From an uncultured virus (IMG/VR IMGVR_UViG_3300028833_000062) (lineage: Duplodnaviria > Heunggongvirae > Uroviricota > Caudoviricetes), in IMG/VR virus record IMGVR_UViG_3300028833_000062: a stretch of DNA of 64,000 nucleotides; one strand, given 5' to 3'. The notes under the pieces were generated by a model. The model saw only the letters and a list, made by a program, of their open reading frames with translations, made no database searches and was not told the origin of the DNA. A program made the position numbers and the translations under genes. Positions 30,348 through 40,602 of the stretch are shown one piece after another. Numbering within the stretch: position 1 is the first letter of the stretch; each line of letters begins with the position of its first letter.

Positions 30348-30680
30348 TTATTTATTTATTTCATTATATCTTTCAATTATATCTAATAGTAATTGTTTAT
30401 TAGATATTGGATAAAACATTCTATCAATATAGATTCCAATAATATCTTTTGGTGCTGCAATATCTAATTCTTTATCAATCATATTTATTGTATACCATGA
30501 ATAATCATTTCCTTCTTTTAAAAGAATTTTAGGTAATTGATCAGAATTACTTTTATTTGCATCATATCTATTTGTTCTATCGATTACTTTTTTACATGCT
30601 TCATCTTTTTCTAAAATAGATTTTACAAATGCAAAAAAAGAATTTTTTCCTTCAGTTATATATTCATTTAAATTCTTCAT
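30348..30680 (-). CDS. Protein with capsid-targeting-like leader
   Basis: MKNLNEYITEG; class-2 motif at 30703-30711. Confidence 0.7.
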   Translation of the reverse strand: MKNLNEYITEGKNSFFAFVKSILEKDEACKKVIDRTNRYDANKSNSDQLPKILLKEGNDYSWYTINMIDKELDIAAPKDIIGIYIDRMFYPISNKQLLLDIIERYNEINK

Positions 30681-30771
30681 TATATTATATAATCTAATTA
30701 AATAAAAATAAAATCTTTTGAATTATATTATCAAAATTATCTATAATACATTATCTAAATTAATTAATAAA

Positions 30772-30969
30772 ATGAAAAAAATATTTGTTTTAATTATATC
30801 ATTACTTTGTTTATTTGGTTGTTCTTCACAAGAAAGAGGTTCTAATGGAATTTCTGTTGAAAAGTTTACTTATGAACAACATGACTATTTGATGTTTTAC
30901 ACAATAACTGGTCATTTTACTGGAGTAGAACATGATCCAAATTGTTGGTGTATGAATGATTATGATTAA
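30772..30969 (+). CDS. Small lipoprotein
   Basis: Signal peptide MKKIFVLIISLLCLFG-C with lipobox; TTGAAT-N18-TATAAT upstream (30718-30747). Confidence 0.65.
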   Translation: MKKIFVLIISLLCLFGCSSQERGSNGISVEKFTYEQHDYLMFYTITGHFTGVEHDPNCWCMNDYD

Positions 30970-30981
30970 ATTTTATATAAT

Positions 30982-31146
30982 ATGAGTAAATATCCTAAAA
31001 TGACACATTATCCATTACCAACTTCTATTAATGGAGAAATTTTTGAACCAGAAAAATATGAGAAATGTATTCAAGTAGAAGTCAATAAAGATGGTTCAAT
31101 AGATACTTATGATTTTAATACATGTAAACATTTAGAAAGATATTAA
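30982..31146 (+). CDS. Small hypothetical protein (54 aa, not in ORF track)
   Basis: MSKYPKMTHYPLP...CKHLERY fills the gap in the operon. Confidence 0.55.
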   Translation: MSKYPKMTHYPLPTSINGEIFEPEKYEKCIQVEVNKDGSIDTYDFNTCKHLERY

Positions 31147-31147
31147 T

Positions 31148-31792
31148 ATGGAAATTACACTTGTTACAACATTTGATTTAAGTCAAGATATTACTCTTGA
31201 TGCTTATAATGAAGATGAAAAAGTAGGTACTGCTGTTATAAAAAATAGTGAACTTACTTATTATAATCTTTTGACTCATACTGATGAAAAGTTTACTGAA
31301 GATAATCTTAATGAATTTATAGATTTTGTTTCTGAATTTAATCTTAAATTTAAAAAGGTATGGGATAGAAAATGGATAAAATATAATCCAAATCCTCAGA
31401 ATAATAACACTGGTGACTGTTCAATTAGAGCTTATTGTAAAGCTGAAAATCTTGAATGGAATACAGCATATGATATGGCCACTAAAGTAGGTAAAGAAAT
31501 GTCAATGATTTGTGATGACCATAAAGTAGTTGATAAGATACTTACTGAAAAATTTGGTTATACTTATTACAAAGGAGATCATTGTTTTGTAAAAGATACT
31601 GATGGTAAAGGTAAACTTGAGAAAGGAAAAAAGAAAACAATTAATGAGTTTGCTATTGAACATCCTAAAGGAAAATATATTCTATGGGTTCATGCTCATG
31701 TAGTTACAGTAATTGATGGATATTATTATGACTCTTGGGATAGTGGAAATAAAAAGATAAATGGTTATTATACAAAAGAAAAAGAGAGGTAA
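31148..31792 (+). CDS. Putative papain-like (Cys-His-Asp) peptidase-fold phage protein
   Basis: GDCSIRA ... HAHVVTVIDG.YYDSWDS motifs. Confidence 0.55.
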   Translation: MEITLVTTFDLSQDITLDAYNEDEKVGTAVIKNSELTYYNLLTHTDEKFTEDNLNEFIDFVSEFNLKFKKVWDRKWIKYNPNPQNNNTGDCSIRAYCKAENLEWNTAYDMATKVGKEMSMICDDHKVVDKILTEKFGYTYYKGDHCFVKDTDGKGKLEKGKKKTINEFAIEHPKGKYILWVHAHVVTVIDGYYYDSWDSGNKKINGYYTKEKER

Positions 31793-31806
31793 AAACCTCT
31801 CTTTTT
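31781..31806. terminator. Bidirectional terminator
   Basis: aaagagaggt-aaaa-acctctctttt between convergent genes. Confidence 0.8.
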
Positions 31807-32219
31807 TATTTTAGTAATTTATTAAATTCTGATTTAGAAACTTTAGTAAAATTATCAAAATTTTGTGCCCAATCATAACAAACCTTTTCATAATTATCAC
31901 CTGTTAAATCTCCACCTTCTAAAGAAAATGTAAAAGATTTAACATTATCAATAAATACATCCATATCTTCCCATGAACCTTCACCAAATCCAACTTCGCC
32001 ATCATATTTATCTAAATATGTATGTAATTTACCAACAATTTCTTGTCCTTTTAATTTACCAAAATTAAAAATAATTACAGCATCACGCATTGTAACATAA
32101 TAACATGTATCAGGCCAGTCATAAGTATCTGTATTTTTTAACCATTTATTTATAAATTCAAATACTTCTTTTTCAGATAATGTTTTTGCTTCTAATAAAA
32201 ATTCTACTAGATTTTTCAT
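31806..32219 (-). CDS. Protein with capsid-targeting-like leader
   Basis: MKNLVEFLLEA. Confidence 0.7.
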   Translation of the reverse strand: MKNLVEFLLEAKTLSEKEVFEFINKWLKNTDTYDWPDTCYYVTMRDAVIIFNFGKLKGQEIVGKLHTYLDKYDGEVGFGEGSWEDMDVFIDNVKSFTFSLEGGDLTGDNYEKVCYDWAQNFDNFTKVSKSEFNKLLK

Positions 32220-32240
32220 AATTTATATATATATTTAATA

Positions 32241-32627
32241 TTAATCCAAGTGATCAAAAGCTACTGGTTCACCATTCCAATAATAACAATATGTATATTT
32301 ATCTAATTTTACATCTCCAAATTTATTTATTCTTGCTCTCTTTTCTTCTGTTTCTTTTGTATCAAATTCATCAGGAATTGGAACTGATTTACCAGCTTGA
32401 CCATTACCAGATACAATTTTATCTTTTAATTTTCTAAAAGTAAATGTTTTACCACTAATTTTAACTATTTTATAAAAATCAATTATAATCATACTATAAC
32501 TAAAATTAGAATAAATAATATCACCTACTTCCCAATTTTCTGGTTTTGATTTATCTCTTTCTTCAACAGTTTCAATATCTTTATTAAGATGTAATTTTTC
32601 TATTATATATTTATCTAATTGTTTCAT
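32241..32627 (-). CDS. Protein with capsid-targeting-like leader (KLHLNK subtype)
   Basis: ATG at 32627: MKQLDKYIIEKLHLNKDI. Confidence 0.7.
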   Translation of the reverse strand: MKQLDKYIIEKLHLNKDIETVEERDKSKPENWEVGDIIYSNFSYSMIIIDFYKIVKISGKTFTFRKLKDKIVSGNGQAGKSVPIPDEFDTKETEEKRARINKFGDVKLDKYTYCYYWNGEPVAFDHLD

Positions 32628-32637
32628 ATTATATATA

Positions 32638-34146
32638 TTAATATTTATGTCCTCCTCTTGCATATTGAAGTCTCATTTGTTCTTCAATCATTGATTCTGC
32701 ATCTTCATCAGTAAAATCAGGATCATCATCACAAGCAGTAAATATCTTTGCACAAAGAACAAATGTTCTTAATGATAATTCCATACTTGATCCTTTTTCA
32801 TTTAATTCTTTTAAATAATTATAAGCCTTTATTTTTGCTTTAGGCAATAATATTTTATTTTCAATATTTGGAAGTAATTTCTTTATAATTGATAAAATCT
32901 CATCATTTGAAAAATCAATATCTTGCATAAAACATCTATTTCTTAAAGCTGTATCAAGTTGTCCTGCACGATAATTTGTTATAACAATAACACCAGATTT
33001 AATTCTACATTTCTTTGGAATTTCTTGACCGTCATCATCAGTAATTTTACCAGCAATTCCATAAGTAACAAGTCTTCCTTCTGGAGATGTATCTGAATCA
33101 AGAGCTGCTTTAAGAATATTGATACAGTTTTCATCTGCTTGTGGACCTACAAGAGAGTCAGCATCATCAATTAAAATAATATCATTACTTTCTCTAAATC
33201 CATAAAGAGTAGCATAAAGTCTTCTTGCTGTACATTTACCTTTTATAGTACAAAGATTTTCTCCTTCAATATAATTAGATTCTTTAAGTTGTTTCTTTAC
33301 TCTATATGTTTTACCAACACCAGGAGCTCCACAAAGAATAAGTGCTGGTTGACGACCTTTAATAACTAAAGAAATATATTTTTCCATTTCTTTAAATATC
33401 TGGTCAGGATCTTTTCTATTACTTTGAGCATCTTTAATTTCCTTAGAATCTTCAATTTCAACTCTTTTACCTTTAGCAATTGATACTTTAATATCTTCTG
33501 AACCACCTTCTTTTATATATTTATAAATATCTTTAACATCATTTTCGATATTATTTAAATTAGAGTTTGAAATTTTACTCTTAGCAATAAATGATTCATG
33601 AATTAAATCTTTATCAATTTTAGAAAAAATATAATTTAATTTACCAATATTATATTTAGATTCTTTTAAATTATCTTCTTTATTAGATAATTTTTTAACA
33701 TCTTCTTCACTAATAGAATATTTTTTAGAATTTACTATTGTCCATACTACTGGTAATAATTTAGCTATATTTGTACCTAAAGTATAAATAGATAAATCTG
33801 CTTTTCCTTTACCAGACCAATATACATCTAAATCTTTAAAAAAGTCTATAGAATATACATCTACAGAATCATTATCATTAATCCAATTAAATTGAAAAAA
33901 TGAAGTTTTAGCATAATCTGATTTATCAATAACAATAAATTGTTTTGATGTACATTTTTCACCATCAATTGTAGTATCTACAAAACCAATAAGAGGAACA
34001 AGACCATTGATATGCTTCTTTAAAATTGATTCAATTTTTTCAATAGCCGCATCAATATCTTTTTCTCTAAATGATTCATTTAATTTTTCTTTATTTTGTA
34101 TATCTTGATTACGCTTATTTACGAATTCTAAAAAATTATATCTCAT
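32638..34146 (-). CDS. AAA+ ATPase with a long N-terminal extension
   Basis: Walker A GAPGVGKT, Walker B ILIDDAD, sensor ITN, Arg finger ALRNRC; N-terminus MRYNFLEFV...LNES. Confidence 0.8.
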   Translation of the reverse strand: MRYNFLEFVNKRNQDIQNKEKLNESFREKDIDAAIEKIESILKKHINGLVPLIGFVDTTIDGEKCTSKQFIVIDKSDYAKTSFFQFNWINDNDSVDVYSIDFFKDLDVYWSGKGKADLSIYTLGTNIAKLLPVVWTIVNSKKYSISEEDVKKLSNKEDNLKESKYNIGKLNYIFSKIDKDLIHESFIAKSKISNSNLNNIENDVKDIYKYIKEGGSEDIKVSIAKGKRVEIEDSKEIKDAQSNRKDPDQIFKEMEKYISLVIKGRQPALILCGAPGVGKTYRVKKQLKESNYIEGENLCTIKGKCTARRLYATLYGFRESNDIILIDDADSLVGPQADENCINILKAALDSDTSPEGRLVTYGIAGKITDDDGQEIPKKCRIKSGVIVITNYRAGQLDTALRNRCFMQDIDFSNDEILSIIKKLLPNIENKILLPKAKIKAYNYLKELNEKGSSMELSLRTFVLCAKIFTACDDDPDFTDEDAESMIEEQMRLQYARGGHKY

Positions 34147-34182
34147 AAATTATAATATTAATTATATATAAAAATAAAATTA

Positions 34183-35877
34183 TTAAATCCATATAATTGT
34201 TATAGGATCTATCTTTATAAATGAATTTTTATTTGGTTTATCTGTATAATAGTTAAATCCTCCTCCAAGTATTGGAATTTCTAATTTTGAATTTAATGAT
34301 ATATTTCCATAATTGTCAAGTCCTGGATTTGTATCACTTTCATAATATATCTTTTTATTTACTAAGTTATATTGACCATTTATATATTCAAAATTAGAAG
34401 TATAATAAAATCCTCTATAAAATGTTTCTTCACTAAGTTCTGATATTATATCTATATCAAATGATTCAATATCATCATGACAAAGAGAACCAATATTAAT
34501 TAAATCACTCTTAGCAATAAATTTTGAATCCTCTTTCAAATTCATAAAATAATTACCTAATACAGATTTTATAGAATCTTCAATATCTTGTTTAGAATAT
34601 TGTGATTTTGTTTTAACATAACACATAATAGCAAATCTTCTAATTTCAGGATCTTGGAATTTAAGTGTTATACCAGCAAATGATTTATTTGAATTCTTAA
34701 GAGTATTTTGAATCATTAATTTTTGGTCATTTGTAATTAAAATACCTTGATTATTATTTGCTTTATTAGTTAATTTATAGTATTCATCTATAGAAGATAT
34801 ATTATTTATTATATTAGATATACATGTAGCATATATAGTCATACTATTTTCTTCACTCCAACAATTTACATATCCAACAAATGAGAATCTTTTAAAGAAT
34901 AATTTAAAGTTTTGTTCAGAAGCAATGACATTACTTCTAGAATTATATCCAATCATATTTCTTACAAAATCAATTGAATCAGAATTTGTACCACCAGAAA
35001 TTACTGTATTAAGATTAAGTAATAAATAGTCATCTAAGTTAACTGTATTTCCTTCTGAATCATATCCATTATCAACAAATGAAAATTTAGGATTATCACC
35101 ATATAAAATATTTCCTATAGTTCCTGAATGTGATAAATATAATATTTGTACTACATCACCAGGATTTGGAATTTTACCATATATACCATTACCAAATATT
35201 ATATCAAATGTATTTTCATATCCAACAGTAAGAACATATTCTTTACTGTCTTTTGACATATCATATAAACTTGAAACAGGTTCCCATTCTTCTCCATTTA
35301 CAAATACTCTTATATAATCTCTGTCAAAAAGACCAGATGATTCAATAGATATTCTTTCAAGAGGTTCACCAATACAACCATATTGATAATTATTCCATGT
35401 TCCTTGTACAATTTTAAATTCATGAGATGTAAGTGGTTGCTTTGTATAAATTATATATCTATTTGAATTCAATATAACAACATAGTTTACACCAGTATTC
35501 TTATTGATTATTCTTGTATAATTATTAATATAAATTTTATCAATATCAAGATATGAACCATTATTCATTATAACTTTACCAATAATACTTCCACTTGCAG
35601 CTGATCCATAATATGGTTCATAACCACTGATTTTAGCTAATGAATAAATACTTTTTCTTCTTGTAGCAGTTCTGACATTTTGTTCTGTAAGAGCATCTTC
35701 AATATAGAACATAGCATTTTGCATGATACCTTTAATACCATCAAAGATAACACCAAAAATTTGGTTATGAGTATATTGATAACCAATTGAATTAAATGTT
35801 TTTGAAAGATATAGTCTTACTGTTTCATCAAACTGATCATAAGCAGTTTGCATTACTGAAAATAATTTATTAGCCAT
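34183..35877 (-). CDS. Baseplate wedge protein (T4 gp6-like)
   Basis: TATRRKSIYSLAKISGY.P...AA.G, IIFGNGIYGKIP..G and GG...DSI motifs. Confidence 0.8.
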   Translation of the reverse strand: MANKLFSVMQTAYDQFDETVRLYLSKTFNSIGYQYTHNQIFGVIFDGIKGIMQNAMFYIEDALTEQNVRTATRRKSIYSLAKISGYEPYYGSAASGSIIGKVIMNNGSYLDIDKIYINNYTRIINKNTGVNYVVILNSNRYIIYTKQPLTSHEFKIVQGTWNNYQYGCIGEPLERISIESSGLFDRDYIRVFVNGEEWEPVSSLYDMSKDSKEYVLTVGYENTFDIIFGNGIYGKIPNPGDVVQILYLSHSGTIGNILYGDNPKFSFVDNGYDSEGNTVNLDDYLLLNLNTVISGGTNSDSIDFVRNMIGYNSRSNVIASEQNFKLFFKRFSFVGYVNCWSEENSMTIYATCISNIINNISSIDEYYKLTNKANNNQGILITNDQKLMIQNTLKNSNKSFAGITLKFQDPEIRRFAIMCYVKTKSQYSKQDIEDSIKSVLGNYFMNLKEDSKFIAKSDLINIGSLCHDDIESFDIDIISELSEETFYRGFYYTSNFEYINGQYNLVNKKIYYESDTNPGLDNYGNISLNSKLEIPILGGGFNYYTDKPNKNSFIKIDPITIIWI

Positions 35878-35883
35878 ATTATA

Positions 35884-36231
35884 TTATTGATATTGATATT
35901 CTCTTATTTTTGTTTCTCCAGATTCTTTATCTACTAAAGCAATCTTTATTAAATAAATACTTCTATAATCACCTTGAAGAAATGTAGCATTTACATAATA
36001 TTCCATCTTAGATGCATAATATGTAAGTGTATCTATTTTTTCTCTTATATATTTTTCAATTTCAGATGTAGTTGGAGTAAGTGTCCATAAAAATGATTCA
36101 AATTCTGTACCATATTGTGGATATCCAATTAATTGTGTATTTTCTGTATTAAGAAGCATATCTATTTCTTGAAGTGCACAATCTACTTCATTATCTAAAA
36201 ATACTCTTCCATCTAAAGCTAAATCTAACAT
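35884..36231 (-). CDS. Baseplate wedge subunit (gp25-like)
   Basis: LL.T......G.P.YGT....FL pattern; adjacent to the gp6-like gene. Confidence 0.65.
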   Translation of the reverse strand: MLDLALDGRVFLDNEVDCALQEIDMLLNTENTQLIGYPQYGTEFESFLWTLTPTTSEIEKYIREKIDTLTYYASKMEYYVNATFLQGDYRSIYLIKIALVDKESGETKIREYQYQ

Positions 36232-36239
36232 AATCAAAA

Positions 36240-38063
36240 TTAATTTATATTATAATTTCCATCAGAAATATAATCATTGTTTTCATTTACAATGGTATAT
36301 TTTCCATATAAATTGTTTATATCTGATGAATTTATTGAAAAAATTACATATATATCATTTCTTCCTATTTCAATATATTCTTGTTGTTCAATAATCAATT
36401 TAAATGTTTCTACTTTTGATAAATATTCACTTAAATCAATACCAATATTCTGAGTAAATCCATTTCTTAAACTGATATTTTGTAATTCAGATGTTTTATA
36501 AAATATTGGTTTATATATTACTCTTGGAGTACTTGATTTTTTAATACTTATATTATTATCATTTTCTGATGATTTTAAAATTGAACAATTTATTTTATCA
36601 ATAAATACAAGATTATCTTTATTTATTTCTGTTACTAACATATTTGTTTTATTGTTTAATTTATATATCTTATTAAATGTTAATTTATGTATAGATAAAT
36701 CATTTATTAAATATTTATACCATTCTTTAGATAATATAACTGGATTAGAACGTATAATATTACAATTTACTTTATCGATAAATGATATTCTATATACAAT
36801 TAATTCAGGAATATCATCCCAAGTATCAAAAATATCTGCTAATGGTAACATCATATTATCAATTATAGAATCATTTAAATTGCTACATGATTTATAAAAT
36901 ACTTCATTAAAATATTTATCTGTACTAAATTCTATTAAAAATCCTGTTTTATTTATATTTTCTAAATCTTCACCAAATAAATCATTATCTTCTTCTTTAT
37001 TATTTTCATAATTTATATATTCATTTTTAGTAATATTATTGAAAAATAAATATGATTCTTCTAAAGTTTTATTATCATAATCTGGATATGAAAATTCATT
37101 TACAATAAAAGGAATTCCATAATATTTATTATATAATGTTTGTGATTCAAACTCTTCTTCTTTTAAAAATTTTATTTTACTTTTTAAAGAGAATGAAACA
37201 TTTATATTAAATGTATTAGAGTTTTGTAAATTATCAAGATCTTGAACATACATATTATTACTATCAACATCAATATATGGTGTTAATATAATATTCAATG
37301 TATTATAAAATTGATTATTGATATAATTTATTTTATTATCAAAAATCTTCTTATAAGATACACTACCATTTTCTTTAATATCAGATTCAATACTATATGG
37401 ATAATATAATAAATAAAATGGTACTAAAGAAGTATATTCATTATCATTATTCTTTAAATTAAATTTTTCTTGAGTATTTCTATTTATACATTCATTATAA
37501 TCTTCTATATAAATATCTTTATCATATAAAAGTAATTTTAAACAAGGTATATATAATTCTATATATTCTGAATATGTTATATTATTTATTACTAATTCAG
37601 TATTAGATAATCTTGGATAATTTTTACTTAAATCAACTAAATAATGAAATTTTATATCATTTATATAATTTTCAATATCTATTATACTATTTAATGTTGT
37701 ATAAATAGTTGGTATATATATTCTTATTTTATCACACAATATTTCTGTCTCATTAAAACTTGAATTATATATCTTATACTTATTATATTCTATATTATCT
37801 CTTTTTATCTTATCATTAAAATTTGATGGATCTGTTGAATATCCAAGAGATGTTCCATTTGGAATAGGGAAACAAGAAATATTTTTATTTGACTCAGGAA
37901 TAAAAAATATATCTTTATCTACAAAGATACCAGATATAAAGTTTTGATTTTTTAATATGTAAAACTTTTCATAATGATGCAAATCATTTTTTAAATCAGT
38001 CATCGCATCAAAATAATCAATAATATAAGTATAATTACCTAATATTACTTTTTCTCTTATCAT
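36240..38063 (-). CDS. Hypothetical virion/baseplate-associated protein
   Basis: 607 aa, first gene of the baseplate operon, class-2 motif upstream. Confidence 0.55.
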   Translation of the reverse strand: MIREKVILGNYTYIIDYFDAMTDLKNDLHHYEKFYILKNQNFISGIFVDKDIFFIPESNKNISCFPIPNGTSLGYSTDPSNFNDKIKRDNIEYNKYKIYNSSFNETEILCDKIRIYIPTIYTTLNSIIDIENYINDIKFHYLVDLSKNYPRLSNTELVINNITYSEYIELYIPCLKLLLYDKDIYIEDYNECINRNTQEKFNLKNNDNEYTSLVPFYLLYYPYSIESDIKENGSVSYKKIFDNKINYINNQFYNTLNIILTPYIDVDSNNMYVQDLDNLQNSNTFNINVSFSLKSKIKFLKEEEFESQTLYNKYYGIPFIVNEFSYPDYDNKTLEESYLFFNNITKNEYINYENNKEEDNDLFGEDLENINKTGFLIEFSTDKYFNEVFYKSCSNLNDSIIDNMMLPLADIFDTWDDIPELIVYRISFIDKVNCNIIRSNPVILSKEWYKYLINDLSIHKLTFNKIYKLNNKTNMLVTEINKDNLVFIDKINCSILKSSENDNNISIKKSSTPRVIYKPIFYKTSELQNISLRNGFTQNIGIDLSEYLSKVETFKLIIEQQEYIEIGRNDIYVIFSINSSDINNLYGKYTIVNENNDYISDGNYNIN

Positions 38064-38160
38064 AAATTTTACATACTTAATTTAATTAAAAATAAAAATC
38101 TACTATAAAAGTTTAAAGATTTGAATGTTATTTTTATATATAAATAGATAATACTAAGAA

Positions 38161-39003
38161 ATGAAAACATTTTCAAATTACATTGATAATATAAAATTAA
38201 TTGATGAAATTTGTTCTTATGAATATAGTGATGTAGTTCTTGAAGGAATATTAAAGAAAATAGCTAATTGGTTTGGTAATAAATCAAGAAATATATCTAA
38301 TAAATTAAATAATTTTTATGATGAATTATATTATTTTCCAGATAATGTAATAAAGACATTTAATGGAACATTATCAATTGCAGCAGATGAAACTAATGAT
38401 TCACAAGAAAATAAAGATATTATAAATAACATTATTAATGATAAACCAGAAAATATACCAGAAAAAGTTATAAATTATCTTAAAGAACATGAAAATGATA
38501 AAGATTTTTATAATTCAATACTTATTGCTTCATTATGTGTATTAGGTATAAATGTAGCAAATGAAAATAAAGATCAAAAATCAGTAGATACTATAAAATT
38601 ATATTTTAATAAAATTAGTGATAAAATAAAGGAAGATACTAAAGATATTTTAAAAAAATCTACAAATAATCCAGATAATAATGATAATGATAATGATAAT
38701 AATCCTTCAGAAGATCTTACTAAAAAAGTTGATGATGTAGTACAAAATGTAGTAGATGATAATCCAGATATAGATATTAATAAAGAAAAAGAAAGAGAAT
38801 TAATAGAAACAATAACTTGGATGATTTTTTATAAATATAATAAAAATAATATGAATTCAGACGAAATTGAAGATAATGCCAAGAGACTTGCTAATATATT
38901 AATAAATGAATTAGAATTAGATGATGATTTAAAACAGAAATTTAATATAACTTCATTAGATGATTTAAAACAGAAAATTGAAGATTATAAAAACAATAAA
39001 TAA
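38161..39003 (+). CDS. Protein with capsid-targeting-like leader and amphipathic helix
   Basis: MKTFSNYI...VLE/GILKKIANWFG; class-2 motif at 38128. Confidence 0.7.
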   Translation: MKTFSNYIDNIKLIDEICSYEYSDVVLEGILKKIANWFGNKSRNISNKLNNFYDELYYFPDNVIKTFNGTLSIAADETNDSQENKDIINNIINDKPENIPEKVINYLKEHENDKDFYNSILIASLCVLGINVANENKDQKSVDTIKLYFNKISDKIKEDTKDILKKSTNNPDNNDNDNDNNPSEDLTKKVDDVVQNVVDDNPDIDINKEKERELIETITWMIFYKYNKNNMNSDEIEDNAKRLANILINELELDDDLKQKFNITSLDDLKQKIEDYKNNK

Positions 39004-39031
39004 AAAGTTGCAATTTTTGCAACTTTTTTTT
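39003..39031 (+). terminator. Intrinsic terminator
   Basis: aaaagttgcaa-ttt-ttgcaacttttttt. Confidence 0.85.
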
Positions 39032-39057
39032 GAATTTCTAGAAATACTTACTATATT
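39030..39057 (+). promoter_or_regulatory. Sigma70-like promoter TTGAAT-N16-TATATT
   Basis: Near-copy of the promoter at 22414. Confidence 0.7.
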
Positions 39058-39063
39058 ATTAAT

Positions 39064-39450
39064 GTAATTAATTTAGCTCTTTGAATGCCATTAAAAATAC
39101 CTAAAAACCAATATTGAAATCGAGGTTATCTTGAAATAAGTTTAGCAGATTTCACATTTTTTGGAGGATAAACCAATGTAATAGATAAAATATATAATTA
39201 ATTTTATTCTAATTTATTTAATCTTAAGAGTAAAAACTAACAAAGAGAGTTAAAGTTTTTCAAAACCTTTTTCAACGCTCTCGCAACAATAATTAAGGCG
39301 TAAGGTGTTTAAAAAACGAACAATACAGACTAGTCATCTGATATTGAAGCCTGAGTGACTTGGAAAGAAAAGATAATATAATATTTAATACGAATTATTT
39401 AATTTAATTATGAATATAAAAATGAGCACCTTTGAGTATCAGGTGCTCTT
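39064..39450 (+). ncRNA. Candidate structured non-coding RNA (~350-390 nt)
   Basis: ORF-free region between a promoter and a terminator, with several stems, 5'/3' end pairing and a boxA-like GCTCTTTGAA. Confidence 0.45.
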
Positions 39451-39457
39451 ATTTTTT
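39424..39457. terminator. Terminator hairpin
   Basis: gagcacct...aggtgctc followed by ttattttt and preceded by an A tract. Confidence 0.8.
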
Positions 39458-39459
39458 AA

Positions 39460-39801
39460 TTATTTATTTTTAAATTCTATGTCATGTATATATATTGTTG
39501 TAAGATCATCTTCATCAAAGGTTATAAAAAAACTATCTATATAATCATTATCAAAAAATTTCTTTTTTATCTCTTTAATACAACTATGTAAAAAAGATGA
39601 TGATTTTTCTTTTTTAAATTTTATATATAACCATTTATCATCATCTATAATAAATGTATAATCATCATCTTTATATAAAAATTCTCCATCAAAATAAGAT
39701 TCTAGATCAAATAATAGTTTATCCATATTATCTGATTTTACATTTATATTTTTATTAAGATGTAATTTTTCTGTTATATATTGACTTAAATTATTCATCA
39801 T
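39460..39801 (-). CDS. Protein with capsid-targeting-like leader (KLHLNK subtype)
   Basis: MNNLSQYITEKLHLNKNI. Confidence 0.7.
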   Translation of the reverse strand: MMNNLSQYITEKLHLNKNINVKSDNMDKLLFDLESYFDGEFLYKDDDYTFIIDDDKWLYIKFKKEKSSSFLHSCIKEIKKKFFDNDYIDSFFITFDEDDLTTIYIHDIEFKNK

Positions 39802-39865
39802 TAAAATTTTTCTTTATACAATTAAAAATAATTTTATTTTTATTTAATTATATAACACAGTATTT

Positions 39866-40552
39866 ATGAAAACAATTAATGAATATATTAGATTTTCAGT
39901 TAATAATATAAACTATAATATTATTGACGAAGCATTAGCTCTTGAATCAGAAGGATGGACAATGCAAGATGTTTATGAGACATTATTTATAACTGATATT
40001 TATGATAATGATCAATTAAATGAAGGTTGGATTGGTGATAAACTTAGAAAATTAGCTGGTGCGGCTGATACTGCAGAAGATAAAGCAAAAGAAACAATAA
40101 ATAAAACAAAAGAAGGTATTAAAAATGCTAAAGATGCAGTTGTTGCAAAATTTGATGAATGGTCAAATGAAGCAAAAGAAGCATTCAATAATTTAAAGAA
40201 ATGGGCCGGAAGTAAATGGGATAAAGTTAAAAAAGATATAACTGAAATAATTGGAAAAATTGAAGCAGCATTTAATAAAATAAAAGATACAATAAAAAAT
40301 ATTGTTGTTTCTATTGGTAAACTTAGTAAAGATATTGTTTTAACAACAGTAGGTCTTTTAATTTTATTAGTAAAACAAATAATAGCATTGATTGATAAAG
40401 GTTCAGATTTAGTTATGAAATTATTTAATGATGCAAAATTATTTGCTGGTAATGCAATATTTAATTTAGGTGCTGTTGCCGCTAAGAAAGCTGGTTTATC
40501 TCAAGAAGAATTAACAAATGTTTTAACTTTAACATTTTCTTATGCAAAATAA
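39866..40552 (+). CDS. Helical, apolipoprotein-like protein with capsid-targeting-like leader
   Basis: MKTINEYI...LNE/GWIGDKLRKLAG followed by amphipathic helices and a hydrophobic segment. Confidence 0.7.
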   Translation: MKTINEYIRFSVNNINYNIIDEALALESEGWTMQDVYETLFITDIYDNDQLNEGWIGDKLRKLAGAADTAEDKAKETINKTKEGIKNAKDAVVAKFDEWSNEAKEAFNNLKKWAGSKWDKVKKDITEIIGKIEAAFNKIKDTIKNIVVSIGKLSKDIVLTTVGLLILLVKQIIALIDKGSDLVMKLFNDAKLFAGNAIFNLGAVAAKKAGLSQEELTNVLTLTFSYAK

Positions 40553-40570
40553 TTTAAATATTATAAATAT

Positions 40571-40602
40571 AAAAAAGAGCTCTTTTTAAAGAGCTCTTTT
40601 TT
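40571..40602. terminator. Bidirectional terminator
   Basis: aaaaaagagctcttt-tt-aaagagctcttttt. Confidence 0.85.

Noticed and set aside
39064..39450. tRNA, tmRNA or RNase P RNA
   Set aside because: No cloverleaf, T-loop/CCA end, tmRNA termini or RNase P conserved helices were recognisable; kept only as an unknown ncRNA candidate.
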